A stretch of DNA of 32,423 nucleotides from NCBI GenBank assembly GCA_902784025.1, contig CACZTF010000102.1, positions 1-32,423 of the forward strand. Direction: 5' to 3'. The translations under genes were made by a program, and so were the position numbers. Positions 1 through 8,431 of this stretch are shown piece after piece (the stretch's first letter is position 1; every line of letters begins with the position of its first letter). This DNA is from an uncultured Lachnospiraceae bacterium (lineage in GTDB: Bacteria; Bacillota; Clostridia; Lachnospirales; Lachnospiraceae). Under the pieces are notes generated by a model that was given only the letters and a program-made list of their open reading frames with translations, was not told where the DNA came from and ran no database searches.

Positions 1-847
1 CTGTGAACGGAAAGTTATGCAGCATGATATATCCCTTGTAGGCTTCCTCGATGGCCATGGACAGAGAATCATTGCTGATAAAACGCCCGTTTACAGCGTA
101 ATTTTCAAACGACCTGTTTCCCCTGCTTATTGCAGGCTTACCAATGAAACCGCCTATCTTTACATCCTCATTTTCCGCATTAATCTCAATCAGGTTATTT
201 ACTATATCCCTGCCGTAAATGGCATATATAACATCCTTGAGTTTGCCGCTTCCTGTTGTATAGAGCTTTTCCCTGCCCCCCGCTGTCAGCTTAAATGAAA
301 TATCCGGGCGGGACAGGGCCAGTTTCTCCATAAGACTTAATACCGCTGCCCCTTCGGCTGCCTCTGACCTTAAGAACTTCTTTCTTACAGGTGTATTAAA
401 GAAAAGCTCCTTCACAACCACGGTAGTCCCTTCAGGAACACCGGTCTCTTCAAAACTCTCCTCACTTCCTCCGGTGACGCTGTAAAAATAACCTGTGAGC
501 CCCCCGCCTGTCTTTGTAAAGAGCTGAACCTCCGAGACCGCAGCGATACTGGAAAGAGCCTCTCCCCTGAAGCCCAGGGTCCCCACCTCATTCAGATCAT
601 CTATGGATCTGATCTTAGAAGTAGCATGCTTTACAAAAGCATTCCTGATATCACCTTTTTCTATACCGGATCCGTTATCGCTCACCCTTATCAGGCTTAA
701 GCCTCCGTTTTCAAGTTCCACGCTGATGCGGTCTGCTCCTGCATCTACGGCATTTTCCACCAGTTCTTTCACCACGGAAGCAGGCTTTTCGATAACCTCT
801 CCTGCAGCGATCTTATTTATAGTATCTGTATCAAGAAGTTTGATCAT
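1..847 (-). CDS. mutL: DNA mismatch repair protein MutL, N-terminal ~282 codons (the rest lies beyond the window start)
   Basis: Absent from the ORF track because it has no stop in the window. Minus-strand translation from ATG 847-845 reads MIKLLDTDTINKIAAGEVIEKPASVVKELVENAVDAGADRISVELENGG..., the GHKL-ATPase N-terminus typical of MutL. A GAGGAA Shine-Dalgarno lies upstream. The start overlaps the mutS 3' end (831-847). Confidence 0.92.
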   Translation of the reverse strand, partial: MIKLLDTDTINKIAAGEVIEKPASVVKELVENAVDAGADRISVELENGGLSLIRVSDNGSGIEKGDIRNAFVKHATSKIRSIDDLNEVGTLGFRGEALSSIAAVSEVQLFTKTGGGLTGYFYSVTGGSEESFEETGVPEGTTVVVKELFFNTPVRKKFLRSEAAEGAAVLSLMEKLALSRPDISFKLTAGGREKLYTTGSGKLKDVIYAIYGRDIVNNLIEINAENEDVKIGGFIGKPAISRGNRSFENYAVNGRFISNDSLSMAIEEAYKGYIMLHNFPFT

Positions 848-3359
848 TTTCCTCAGCCTTCTCCTTAAGCCGGAACAATACCTCAAGTGCCTGTACAGGC
901 GTCATGTGGTTAATATCCAGTTCCTTTATCTCATTAACCAGCCTGTGTGCCGGATCTTTATCTTCTTCATTTACATTTTCAAAGAAAGACATCTGTTTTG
1001 ATGTGTCATCTCTCTTCGGTCTGTTATATGCCTCATCCTCTTCAAGAAGCCTGTTCATGATAAGCTTGGCTCTGTCGGTGACAGCCTTTGGAACACCGGC
1101 TATCATAGCCACCTGTATGCCATAGCTTCTGTCTGCTCCACCTTCCACTATCTTTCGCAGGAACACGATATCATCCCCGTTTTCTTTCACAGCGATACTG
1201 TAATTCTTTACGCAGCTTATCTCATTTTCCAGTTCGGTCAGTTCGTGGTAATGAGTTGCAAACAATGTTTTCGCCCCAACTTTTCTGGTATCTGCGATGT
1301 ACTCTACCACAGCTCTTGCGATAGAAAGGCCGTCCAGTGTTCCGGTTCCTCGTCCTATCTCATCCAAGACTAAAAGTGATCTAGCGGTGGCATTTTTAAG
1401 TATGTTTGCCACCTCGTTCATCTCCACCATAAATGTGGACTGTCCGGATGCCAGATCGTCAGAGGCTCCCACCCTGGTAAATATACGGTCCGTTATGCAA
1501 ATGTCTGCAGTCCCAGCGGGGACGAAGGATCCCATATGCGCCATAAGGGTTATGAGTGCCGTCTGGCGCATATAAGTAGACTTTCCCGCCATATTCGGAC
1601 CGGTGATCAGGGCTATCCTGTCATCAGTCTGGGAAAGAAAGGTATCATTTGCCACGAACTCCGAATCCCCTATCATCTGCTCCACCACGGGATGACGTCC
1701 GTTCTTTATATCTATGATACCGGACTTGTTTATACGGGGTCTTACATATCTGTTCTTTTCTGCGCAGCGGGCAAGGGCCGCGAATACATCAGCCTTGGCA
1801 ATGGCACGTGCAAGGGTCTGTATACGCAGAGCCTGGGCAGCTACATTTTCACGGATATCACAAAAAAGTTCATACTCCAGAGCATTTAGCTTGTCATTTG
1901 CTCCCAGGATCATATCTTCGGTCTTTTTCAGTTCCGGAGTTATAAAACGCTCAGCATTGGTAAGGGTCTGCTTTCTTATCCAGTCTTCAGGTACCAGATC
2001 TTTGTAAGAATTCGTGACCTCAAGGTAGTATCCAAATACCTTGTTGAACTTGATCCTAAGGTTCTTGATCCCCGTTTTTTCCTTTTCTTCAGCCTCTATC
2101 CTGGCCAGCCAGTCCTTGCCGTTTAACTTGGCGGAGCGGTATTCGTCCACCATGCTGTTATAGCCGTCTTTGATTATACCTCCCTCTTTAAGGGCTAAGG
2201 GCGGCTCATCACATATGCCGGCGTTCAGGAGATCATAGATATCCCTGAGTTCATCTGCTTCGTCGCATATCTGCTTTAATGCAAATGTATCAAAGTTTTT
2301 AAGTATGCACTTGATGGCAGGTATGGTCTCCAGAGAGTACTTAAATGCCACAAGATCCCTGGGTGATGCGCTTTTGCAGCATATTTTTGTAAGGAGGCGC
2401 TCCAGATCGTGTACAGGCGTCAGGTATTCCCGCAGTTCCTCTCTGTCCATGGGGTTTCCCAACAACACCTCTACTGCATCCAGCCTGTTGTTTATTTCCC
2501 CGGGGTTAAGCAAGGGTTTCTCTACCATATTTCTTATCAGGCGCTTGCCCATGGAGGTCCTGGTCTTATCTAGCACCCACAGAAGAGATCCCTTTTTGCT
2601 CTTGTCCCGCATGGTTTCCACCAGTTCCAGGTTCCTGAGCGTAGAGGAATCCACCACCATATATTCTCCCGGGTTATATGCCTTTATGGAAATGATATGC
2701 TCCACTCCGGACTTCTGCATCTCCTTCATGTAAGAGATCAGGGCACCTGCTGCCATTATCCCTACGGATGATGCTTTAAGCTCAGTATTTTTCAAGCTAT
2801 CTCCCATGCGCAACTCTATCTCATGTATGGCATTGTCTTCTGAAAATGAGTTGTTCGGCAGAGTGGCTACTGCGATATTCAGTCTCTTGGTTATATCACG
2901 GATGTCAAGACCGCTCATGAAGAAATATTCGTTTGCGATTATCTCAGATGGCACCAGCTTAAATATCTCATCCAGTAAAGCCCCGGGCTTTTCGAACTCG
3001 GCCACATAAAACTCTCCGGTGGAGAAATCGGAAAAGGCCATGCCGAACTTGTCCCCTATATACATTATGGAAAGTATATAATTATTCTTGCTGTCATCCA
3101 GACTTTCTGTGTCCGTGTTCATTCCGGGGGTGACGATGCGCACCACCTCACGCTTCACTATCCCCTTTGCATCCTTTGGATCTTCCACCTGCTCACAGAT
3201 GGCAACTTTATATCCCTTCTGGATAAGCTTGTTGATATACATATCTGCGGAATGGAAGGGAACACCGCACATAGGAGCACGCTCTTCAAGACCGCAGGCT
3301 CTGCCTGTGAGTGTGAGTTCCAGTTCTTCGGCTACGAGTTTTGCGTCGTCAAAGAACAT
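831..3359 (-). CDS. mutS: DNA mismatch repair protein MutS, longest intact ORF (842 aa). The native start appears to be ATG 3455, but the frame is broken by an in-frame TAG at 3425-3423.
   Basis: The ORF carries MutS hallmarks: Walker A ITGPNMAGKSTYMRQ and the ATHYHEL motif. miaB-mutS-mutL is a gene order I recall as common in Clostridia. The ORF begins MFFDDA, immediately after the position of the conserved GDFYE motif. Confidence 0.9.
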   Translation of the reverse strand: MFFDDAKLVAEELELTLTGRACGLEERAPMCGVPFHSADMYINKLIQKGYKVAICEQVEDPKDAKGIVKREVVRIVTPGMNTDTESLDDSKNNYILSIMYIGDKFGMAFSDFSTGEFYVAEFEKPGALLDEIFKLVPSEIIANEYFFMSGLDIRDITKRLNIAVATLPNNSFSEDNAIHEIELRMGDSLKNTELKASSVGIMAAGALISYMKEMQKSGVEHIISIKAYNPGEYMVVDSSTLRNLELVETMRDKSKKGSLLWVLDKTRTSMGKRLIRNMVEKPLLNPGEINNRLDAVEVLLGNPMDREELREYLTPVHDLERLLTKICCKSASPRDLVAFKYSLETIPAIKCILKNFDTFALKQICDEADELRDIYDLLNAGICDEPPLALKEGGIIKDGYNSMVDEYRSAKLNGKDWLARIEAEEKEKTGIKNLRIKFNKVFGYYLEVTNSYKDLVPEDWIRKQTLTNAERFITPELKKTEDMILGANDKLNALEYELFCDIRENVAAQALRIQTLARAIAKADVFAALARCAEKNRYVRPRINKSGIIDIKNGRHPVVEQMIGDSEFVANDTFLSQTDDRIALITGPNMAGKSTYMRQTALITLMAHMGSFVPAGTADICITDRIFTRVGASDDLASGQSTFMVEMNEVANILKNATARSLLVLDEIGRGTGTLDGLSIARAVVEYIADTRKVGAKTLFATHYHELTELENEISCVKNYSIAVKENGDDIVFLRKIVEGGADRSYGIQVAMIAGVPKAVTDRAKLIMNRLLEEDEAYNRPKRDDTSKQMSFFENVNEEDKDPAHRLVNEIKELDINHMTPVQALEVLFRLKEKAEENDQTS

Positions 3360-3455
3360 TTCGTAGAAGTCACCGAGGCGGTAAAAGAGGATGCAGTCTT
3401 TGTGTTCTTGTTTGGTGTCGAGCTAGTGTTGCATCATGGGGGATAGTTGGGGCAT
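3360..3455 (-). pseudogene. mutS: Severed 5' end of mutS (32 codons, including an in-frame amber codon)
   Basis: In frame with the 842-aa ORF, the translation is [37 protein letters not shown] (3466-3461) lies 5 nt before ATG 3455-3453. The TAG replaces the conserved Tyr of the MutS MMxQY motif. Confidence 0.75.
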
Positions 3456-3576
3456 GGAGTCTCCTTGTGGGGTGTTATGCAGTTATACAGTTATAGTTTA
3501 GGTTACAGATTTGAACATTTGACGTCTTGCAATGGATTCTCCGGAAGCGCAAGCCTGCCGAATGTGGCCTTTGTTG

Positions 3577-4998
3577 TTACACCCTTTCTCCGAAGTAATA
3601 AAATCCCTTGCACTCGGTTATTTTTACATCTACGATTTTTCCAACAAGACTTTTGTCGCCCGGAAAATGGACCAGCATGTTGTTACTCATGCGGCCGGTG
3701 ATGAGGGCGGGGTCGTGGTCGTTTACGGATTCTGCGAGGCATGGCATGGTGCGGCCGGTGTATCTGCCGGTTACTTCGGATGAGGCGTTTTTAATTTCTT
3801 TGAGCAGGCGGTCGAAGCGGTTTTTGACTGTAGCTTCGTCAGTCTGTTCTTCGTAGGCTGCCGCAGGTGTTCCGGTCCGTTTTGAGTAGATGAAGGTGTA
3901 GGCGGAGTCGAATTTTACCCGTCTTACCACATCAAGAGTTTCTTCAAAATCGGCTTCCGATTCGCCTGGAAATCCTACTATGATGTCGGTGGTTATAGAT
4001 ATGTCGGGCATTGCTTTGCGTATTTTCTCTACAAGCGCCAGGTAGTCTTCTTTGGTGTATTTCCGGTTCATTCGTTTCAATACTTCAGTGCTTCCTGACT
4101 GAAGGGGAAGGTGTATATGGTCACAGATCTTTTCCGATGCAGCCATTACTTCGATCAGCTCGTCAGACAGATCTTTGGGGTGGGAGGTCATAAAACGAAT
4201 ACGCTTAAGCCCCACCACCTTCTCTACACGTCTGAGTAATTCTGCGAAGGTTACCTCTGCTTTCAGACCTTTCCCGTAAGAGTTTACATTCTGCCCCAGC
4301 AGCATCACTTCCGTCACGCCGTCTTTTACAAGCTGTTCTATCTCAAATATGATATCCTCCGGGCGACGGCTTTTTTCCCTGCCCCGGACATATGGTACTA
4401 TACAATATGTACAGAAATTGTCGCATCCGTACATGATATTTACACCGGACTTAAAGGGGTATTTGCGCACTGTGGGCAAGAGCTCTGTAAATGTGTCGTT
4501 GCTTTCCCAAATATCGGTTATGCGTGACCCTGTGGTGAGATGTGAGTACAGTATTTCAGCCAGCTTGTATACATTAAATGTACCGAAGATAATATCCGTA
4601 AAGGGATACGAGGTTTCCAGCTTTTTTACCACATCCGGCTCCTGGGCCATGCATCCGCATATTCCGATGATCTTGTCATGATCCTTCTTTTTCATACCGG
4701 ACAGATGCCCCAAACGGCCGTACAGCCTCAGATTTGCATTTTCACGAACGGTACATGTGTTATACAACACAAGATCGGCAGTCTCGTCATCTGTAAGTTC
4801 ATAGCCGCACCGTGTAAGAATGCCTTTGAGCTTCTCCGAATCCCTCTCGTTCATCTGACATCCGAAGGTCACCACACAGGCGGTCAGCGGTCTCCCCTTG
4901 GCAGACGCCTTTTCCCTGATGATCTTATTAAGAAGATCCATGTATTCAAGCTGCTTTTCGGTTTCGTTATTCAATTCAATGTGTGTTTCATTAGTCAT
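3577..4998 (-). CDS. miaB: tRNA-i6A37 methylthiotransferase MiaB (radical SAM)
   Basis: N-terminal Cys cluster VTFGCQMNERDSE, radical-SAM motif GCDNFCTYCIVPYVRG, and a TRAM-like C-terminus. I place the start at ATG 4998 (MTNETH...). The track's 15 extra codons (GTG 5043) run into the inverted-repeat element. No good SD precedes any candidate start. Confidence 0.88.
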   Translation of the reverse strand: MTNETHIELNNETEKQLEYMDLLNKIIREKASAKGRPLTACVVTFGCQMNERDSEKLKGILTRCGYELTDDETADLVLYNTCTVRENANLRLYGRLGHLSGMKKKDHDKIIGICGCMAQEPDVVKKLETSYPFTDIIFGTFNVYKLAEILYSHLTTGSRITDIWESNDTFTELLPTVRKYPFKSGVNIMYGCDNFCTYCIVPYVRGREKSRRPEDIIFEIEQLVKDGVTEVMLLGQNVNSYGKGLKAEVTFAELLRRVEKVVGLKRIRFMTSHPKDLSDELIEVMAASEKICDHIHLPLQSGSTEVLKRMNRKYTKEDYLALVEKIRKAMPDISITTDIIVGFPGESEADFEETLDVVRRVKFDSAYTFIYSKRTGTPAAAYEEQTDEATVKNRFDRLLKEIKNASSEVTGRYTGRTMPCLAESVNDHDPALITGRMSNNMLVHFPGDKSLVGKIVDVKITECKGFYYFGERV

Positions 4999-5015
4999 AT
5001 GTTTTTTTAAAGTAT

Positions 5016-5241
5016 GACAGGGGACAGTTCTCTGTCTAACCACCCTGATACATCACTGTTTGTCAGGCTTGCACAAACTCGACGGGATTTTACGAAGGGC
5101 CGGTTCTTAGTGAGATAGGCGCAAGCCGTATCGAACTTTAGAACCGCTGCACTTCGTATAAGTGAGAACGCTCCCGGAGAGTTTGCTGCAAGTTGACAAA
5201 CAAGAATGATAGAAATGTAAGACAGAGAACTGTTCCCTGTC
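5016..5241. repeat. 226-bp rod-like imperfect palindrome (candidate structured RNA, or a MITE/ERIC-like palindromic element)
   Basis: Hand pairing gives these helices:
- a 22-bp terminal stem, 5016-5037 with 5220-5241
- a 23-bp stem, 5057-5080 with 5179-5202
- further helices 5083-5087/5172-5176, 5091-5097/5152-5158, 5101-5107/5140-5146, 5109-5111/5135-5137, 5114-5117/5129-5132 and 5118-5120/5125-5127
- a GCAA loop at 5121-5124
See the findings for strand arguments. Confidence 0.85.
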
Positions 5242-5246
5242 CGGTC

Positions 5247-6488
5247 TCACCTTATCTGCCCGTTTCCCCGTACACAGTATTTATAGGATGTCATCTGCTC
5301 AAGTCCCATGGGTCCCCTTGCGTGGATCTTCTGGGTGCTGATACCTATCTCTGCACCGAAACCAAACTCCTCACCGTCTGAAAATCTGGTAGATACATTT
5401 ACATAGACACATGCAGAATCCACTTCACGCAGAAACTTATCCGCATTTTCTTTATTTTCCGTAACAATGGTATCGGAATGACCTGTATTATACTTGTTAA
5501 TATGCTCAATGGCCTCTTCTATGGAATCCACCGTTTTTACGGCGATGATATAGTCCAGATATTCCGTGTTCCAGTCTTCCTCTGTGGCAGGGATCATTCC
5601 ATCCACTGTCTCCATGGATGCCACATCGCCCCTCATTTCCACATTCTTCTCCGCAAATCTCTTTGCAAGTTTAGGGAGAAATCCGTCCTTAACTGACCTG
5701 TGAACTAAAACGTTCTCCAACGCATTGCAGACGCTGATACGCTGGGTCTTTGCATTATCAACTATATCCACTGCCATATCTATGTCTGCAAATTCATCCA
5801 CATAAACATGATTATTTCCGGTTCCTGTTTTTATCACCGGCACGGTACTGTTATCCACTACATGGTTTATCAGACGCTCGCTTCCTCTGGGGATTATCAG
5901 ATCTATATAATCCGTAAGATGCAGCATCTCCGTAACGTACTTTCTGTCCGTATCATCCATGATCTGGACGCAATCAGGATCTATCCCCTTTGCTTCAAGG
6001 GCTCCCCTCATTACCTCACCTATCTTTACGGATGAATTTATAGAATCGGATCCGCCTCGCAGGATGCAGGCATTTCCCGTCTTAAATGAAATGGCAAATG
6101 CATCGCTTGTTACATTCGGACGGGATTCATACACTATGCCGATCACCCCGATGGGCACACGCACCTTACTGATCTCCATGCCGTTTGGACGGGTCCAGGA
6201 ATCCACCACATCACCGATGGGGTCAGGCAGTTCCGCCACCTGACGCACGCCGCCTGCCATACCCTTTATCCTGTCCTCATCAAGAGCAAGCCTGTCTCGC
6301 ATTGCAGGACGCATGCCGTTCTTATCAGCATTCTCAAGATCCTTGCTGTTTGCCTCTATGATACCCGGAATATTCTCCTCTATAGCATCCGCAACCGCAA
6401 GGAGAGCTTCCCGCTTTTCATCCTTGCCCATCTGCCCCAGTTCCATAGCGGCAGACTTAGCTTTTTTACCCATTTCTATAATATCCAT
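5247..6488 (-). CDS. proA: Gamma-glutamyl phosphate reductase
   Basis: Aldehyde-dehydrogenase-fold ProA signatures are present (GIVYESRPNVTSDAF; catalytic Cys context QRISVCNALENVLVH). AAGGAG lies 8 nt before ATG 6488 (MDIIEMGKKAK...), which favours this start over the track's 6518. Confidence 0.92.
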   Translation of the reverse strand: MDIIEMGKKAKSAAMELGQMGKDEKREALLAVADAIEENIPGIIEANSKDLENADKNGMRPAMRDRLALDEDRIKGMAGGVRQVAELPDPIGDVVDSWTRPNGMEISKVRVPIGVIGIVYESRPNVTSDAFAISFKTGNACILRGGSDSINSSVKIGEVMRGALEAKGIDPDCVQIMDDTDRKYVTEMLHLTDYIDLIIPRGSERLINHVVDNSTVPVIKTGTGNNHVYVDEFADIDMAVDIVDNAKTQRISVCNALENVLVHRSVKDGFLPKLAKRFAEKNVEMRGDVASMETVDGMIPATEEDWNTEYLDYIIAVKTVDSIEEAIEHINKYNTGHSDTIVTENKENADKFLREVDSACVYVNVSTRFSDGEEFGFGAEIGISTQKIHARGPMGLEQMTSYKYCVRGNGQIR

Positions 6489-6587
6489 AATAATCTCCTT
6501 ATTGATCGATCCATTCAATATAATATATATTCGATATATTGTTCAGTCCGGCTTTTCAACAAAGTCGGATTGCCCAAAGAACCTTTC

Positions 6588-6609
6588 GTACAGAAACTCG
6601 TCCCCTGTC
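6588..6609 (-). repeat. Possible solo copy of the terminal motif of the 5016-5241 element
   Basis: The minus strand reads GACAGGGGACGAGTTTCTGTAC. Its first 10 nt are identical to the left terminus of the element (GACAGGGGAC). The rest resembles AGTTCTCTGT with a one-base deletion. It directly abuts the MTHFS stop codon (6612-6610). Confidence 0.35.
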
Positions 6610-7227
6610 TTACTTTTGGTTTCGCCTCAATACCCTTTCTTCGGTTACCACGGCATCCATATACACATCAAATTCTTCTGCAGGAAGTGATGGGTATACC
6701 TGAAATTCATATCCTATTGCTGCCAGGAACCAGCCATCCCCCGGAGCATGTCCTTCAAAAAACCTGTCATAATACCCTGCTCCGTATCCTACCCTTACAA
6801 AATCTTCACCAAATACAATCCCCGGGACTATGACAAATCCCGGGATATTCTCATATATTCCGGGATCATCAGGCTCCATAATCCCCCATGTACCGGGATG
6901 AAGATCCGCAGCCGAAGTTATGCTGATAAATCTCATTTCTTTGCCGAATATACGTGGAACACAAACTTTTTTGCCTTCCTTTACGGCAGTTTCAATAAGA
7001 TCATTGGTATATGGTTCTTTCCCCATGGAAACATAGGTGTATATAACTCCACTGTCTTTCCACTCCCTCATAGACATGATATTATCCACGATACGTAATG
7101 ATCTGTTCTTATGCTCAGACTCACACAAAGCATCTCTTTTTTTACCGGCCGTAACTCTAAGCTCTTGTTTTTTTACCGCTTTATCATCAGCATTCATTTC
7201 TGAAAGTGTTCCCATATCATTTTTCAT
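6610..7227 (-). CDS. 5-formyltetrahydrofolate cyclo-ligase (MTHFS family)
   Basis: The C-terminal motif VIVPGIVFGEDFVRVGYGAGYYDRFF and the GIMEPDD block are typical of 5-FTHF cyclo-ligases. Its ATG overlaps the upstream gene's stop (ATAATG at 7229-7225), indicating translational coupling. Confidence 0.88.
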   Translation of the reverse strand: MKNDMGTLSEMNADDKAVKKQELRVTAGKKRDALCESEHKNRSLRIVDNIMSMREWKDSGVIYTYVSMGKEPYTNDLIETAVKEGKKVCVPRIFGKEMRFISITSAADLHPGTWGIMEPDDPGIYENIPGFVIVPGIVFGEDFVRVGYGAGYYDRFFEGHAPGDGWFLAAIGYEFQVYPSLPAEEFDVYMDAVVTEERVLRRNQK

Positions 7228-8420
7228 TATCTTTCATCCTCTGTTTTATTATCGTTTATGAACAGTATCATGGTATCACCGCTGACGATGCAATATTCAA
7301 AACTTGCTTTCACACTAAATGCCGCCTCTTTCATCAGTTTTGAGAACTCATACACTTCTACGTATTCGATCTCTTTCAAAAGTTTTTTCCTTTTTGCAGC
7401 AAGCACCACATAATTGCCGCATACCGCCGGGATATCATCACCCGCATTTATCTTTGCAACAACCTTCTGGGTATTAAGATCTGTTATCTTTGCACTTCCG
7501 CCATCACGTCCTGATATAAGGTATGGCTTATCACCTATAACAAATGTGTGCCAAAGATCATTGATACTGTTTAATCTGGAATTTATCCTTACGGTCTTTT
7601 TTCCGCTTTCCGTATCGTAAAGTATGATGTCTTCCTTTTCTTCCGACGGATAATAGATCGCATATATTATCAGGGATCCTATCGCTTTCATATAAGGCAG
7701 TGTTGTAAGATCCGTACTTTCTTCCAGCAATTCTACAAATCTGTTATCCATATCTATGGAAAGCTCTGAAATAAATTTGTTGACCGGAACCATGCCTATA
7801 AATTCCCGGTTAAAGCCGGGCGGTTTGTATCCGAAAGGTTTATCAGGGATAAAACTTCTGCCGAACTTAATTACACAATTACCGTCTGAAATGGGTATCA
7901 TATTTTGTATACCGGTATCAGTAAGTCTTGGTATGGTCACATCAGATATAACACAGCTTTCAGAATTATATATCTTAAACCAGAATGAACTATCCGAACC
8001 TGTCACTTTTTCAGTCTGAACGAGCATATGAAGTTCGTCAAGCACAAATACTTTTATAAATACAGTTTTCTCCAGACTGTCCGGTTCTGCTTTTATGGAA
8101 TGAAGCTGGCTGATCTTTCCTCCGTAGCACTTATACAGATACCATGTAATGGTAACATATCCGCTTTCGTCATCATCTATAGAGGAAAATACTACATAAT
8201 CCCTGTTTAGGGAAGCATATATAACATTTTCAGACAAACAAATATCCAAATCAGGTGAAATGTCGGTCTTTTCATTCGTTTCTATGTTAATAACCGACAA
8301 CTTTTGTCTGTTAAAATTACCGAGCTCTTTCTCAGGATCATCTATTACACATAAAACCAGACTTTTATTTATGAACTCCGCCCGGCTTATGTCAAAATTT
8401 TTTAAAACTTTAATATCCAT
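7227..8420 (-). CDS. Hypothetical cytoplasmic protein, 397 aa, with no motif I recognise
   Basis: Long uninterrupted ORF packed between proB (11-nt gap) and MTHFS (1-nt overlap). It has no signal peptide or TM segment. The composition looks beta-strand-rich, with short repeated strand-turn patterns (YVVFSS, ILYDTESGKKT, KITDLNTQKV). Confidence 0.75.
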   Translation of the reverse strand: MDIKVLKNFDISRAEFINKSLVLCVIDDPEKELGNFNRQKLSVINIETNEKTDISPDLDICLSENVIYASLNRDYVVFSSIDDDESGYVTITWYLYKCYGGKISQLHSIKAEPDSLEKTVFIKVFVLDELHMLVQTEKVTGSDSSFWFKIYNSESCVISDVTIPRLTDTGIQNMIPISDGNCVIKFGRSFIPDKPFGYKPPGFNREFIGMVPVNKFISELSIDMDNRFVELLEESTDLTTLPYMKAIGSLIIYAIYYPSEEKEDIILYDTESGKKTVRINSRLNSINDLWHTFVIGDKPYLISGRDGGSAKITDLNTQKVVAKINAGDDIPAVCGNYVVLAAKRKKLLKEIEYVEVYEFSKLMKEAAFSVKASFEYCIVSGDTMILFINDNKTEDER

Positions 8421-8431
8421 AAAAAAGCTAC

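Noticed and set aside
5016-5241. SRP (4.5S/scRNA) identity for the rod-like hairpin, because of its GNAR-compatible GCAA apical loop.
   Set aside because: The strongly conserved helix-8 sequence flanking the SRP tetraloop (GGAAGCAG-type 3' side, with symmetric and asymmetric loops) is absent.
5016-5242. The GTTCTCT heptads in the element termini match, as I recall it, the B. subtilis SinR consensus GTTCTYT. GAAC/GTTC halves also resemble a LexA (Cheo) box.
   Set aside because: The spacing and orientation are wrong. The halves are separated by 1 nt tail-to-tail, not GAAC-N4-GTTC and not the SinR arrangement. The heptad match is too short to be meaningful without genome-wide enrichment.
5043-5381. 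The peptide VRQRTVPC appears both in the N-terminal extension of the miaB ORF and in the 62-aa ORF 5193..5381, which looks like a duplicated coding segment.
   Set aside because: Both are translations of the two arms of the 226-bp inverted repeat. Neither has an SD, and the 62-aa ORF is antisense to proA.
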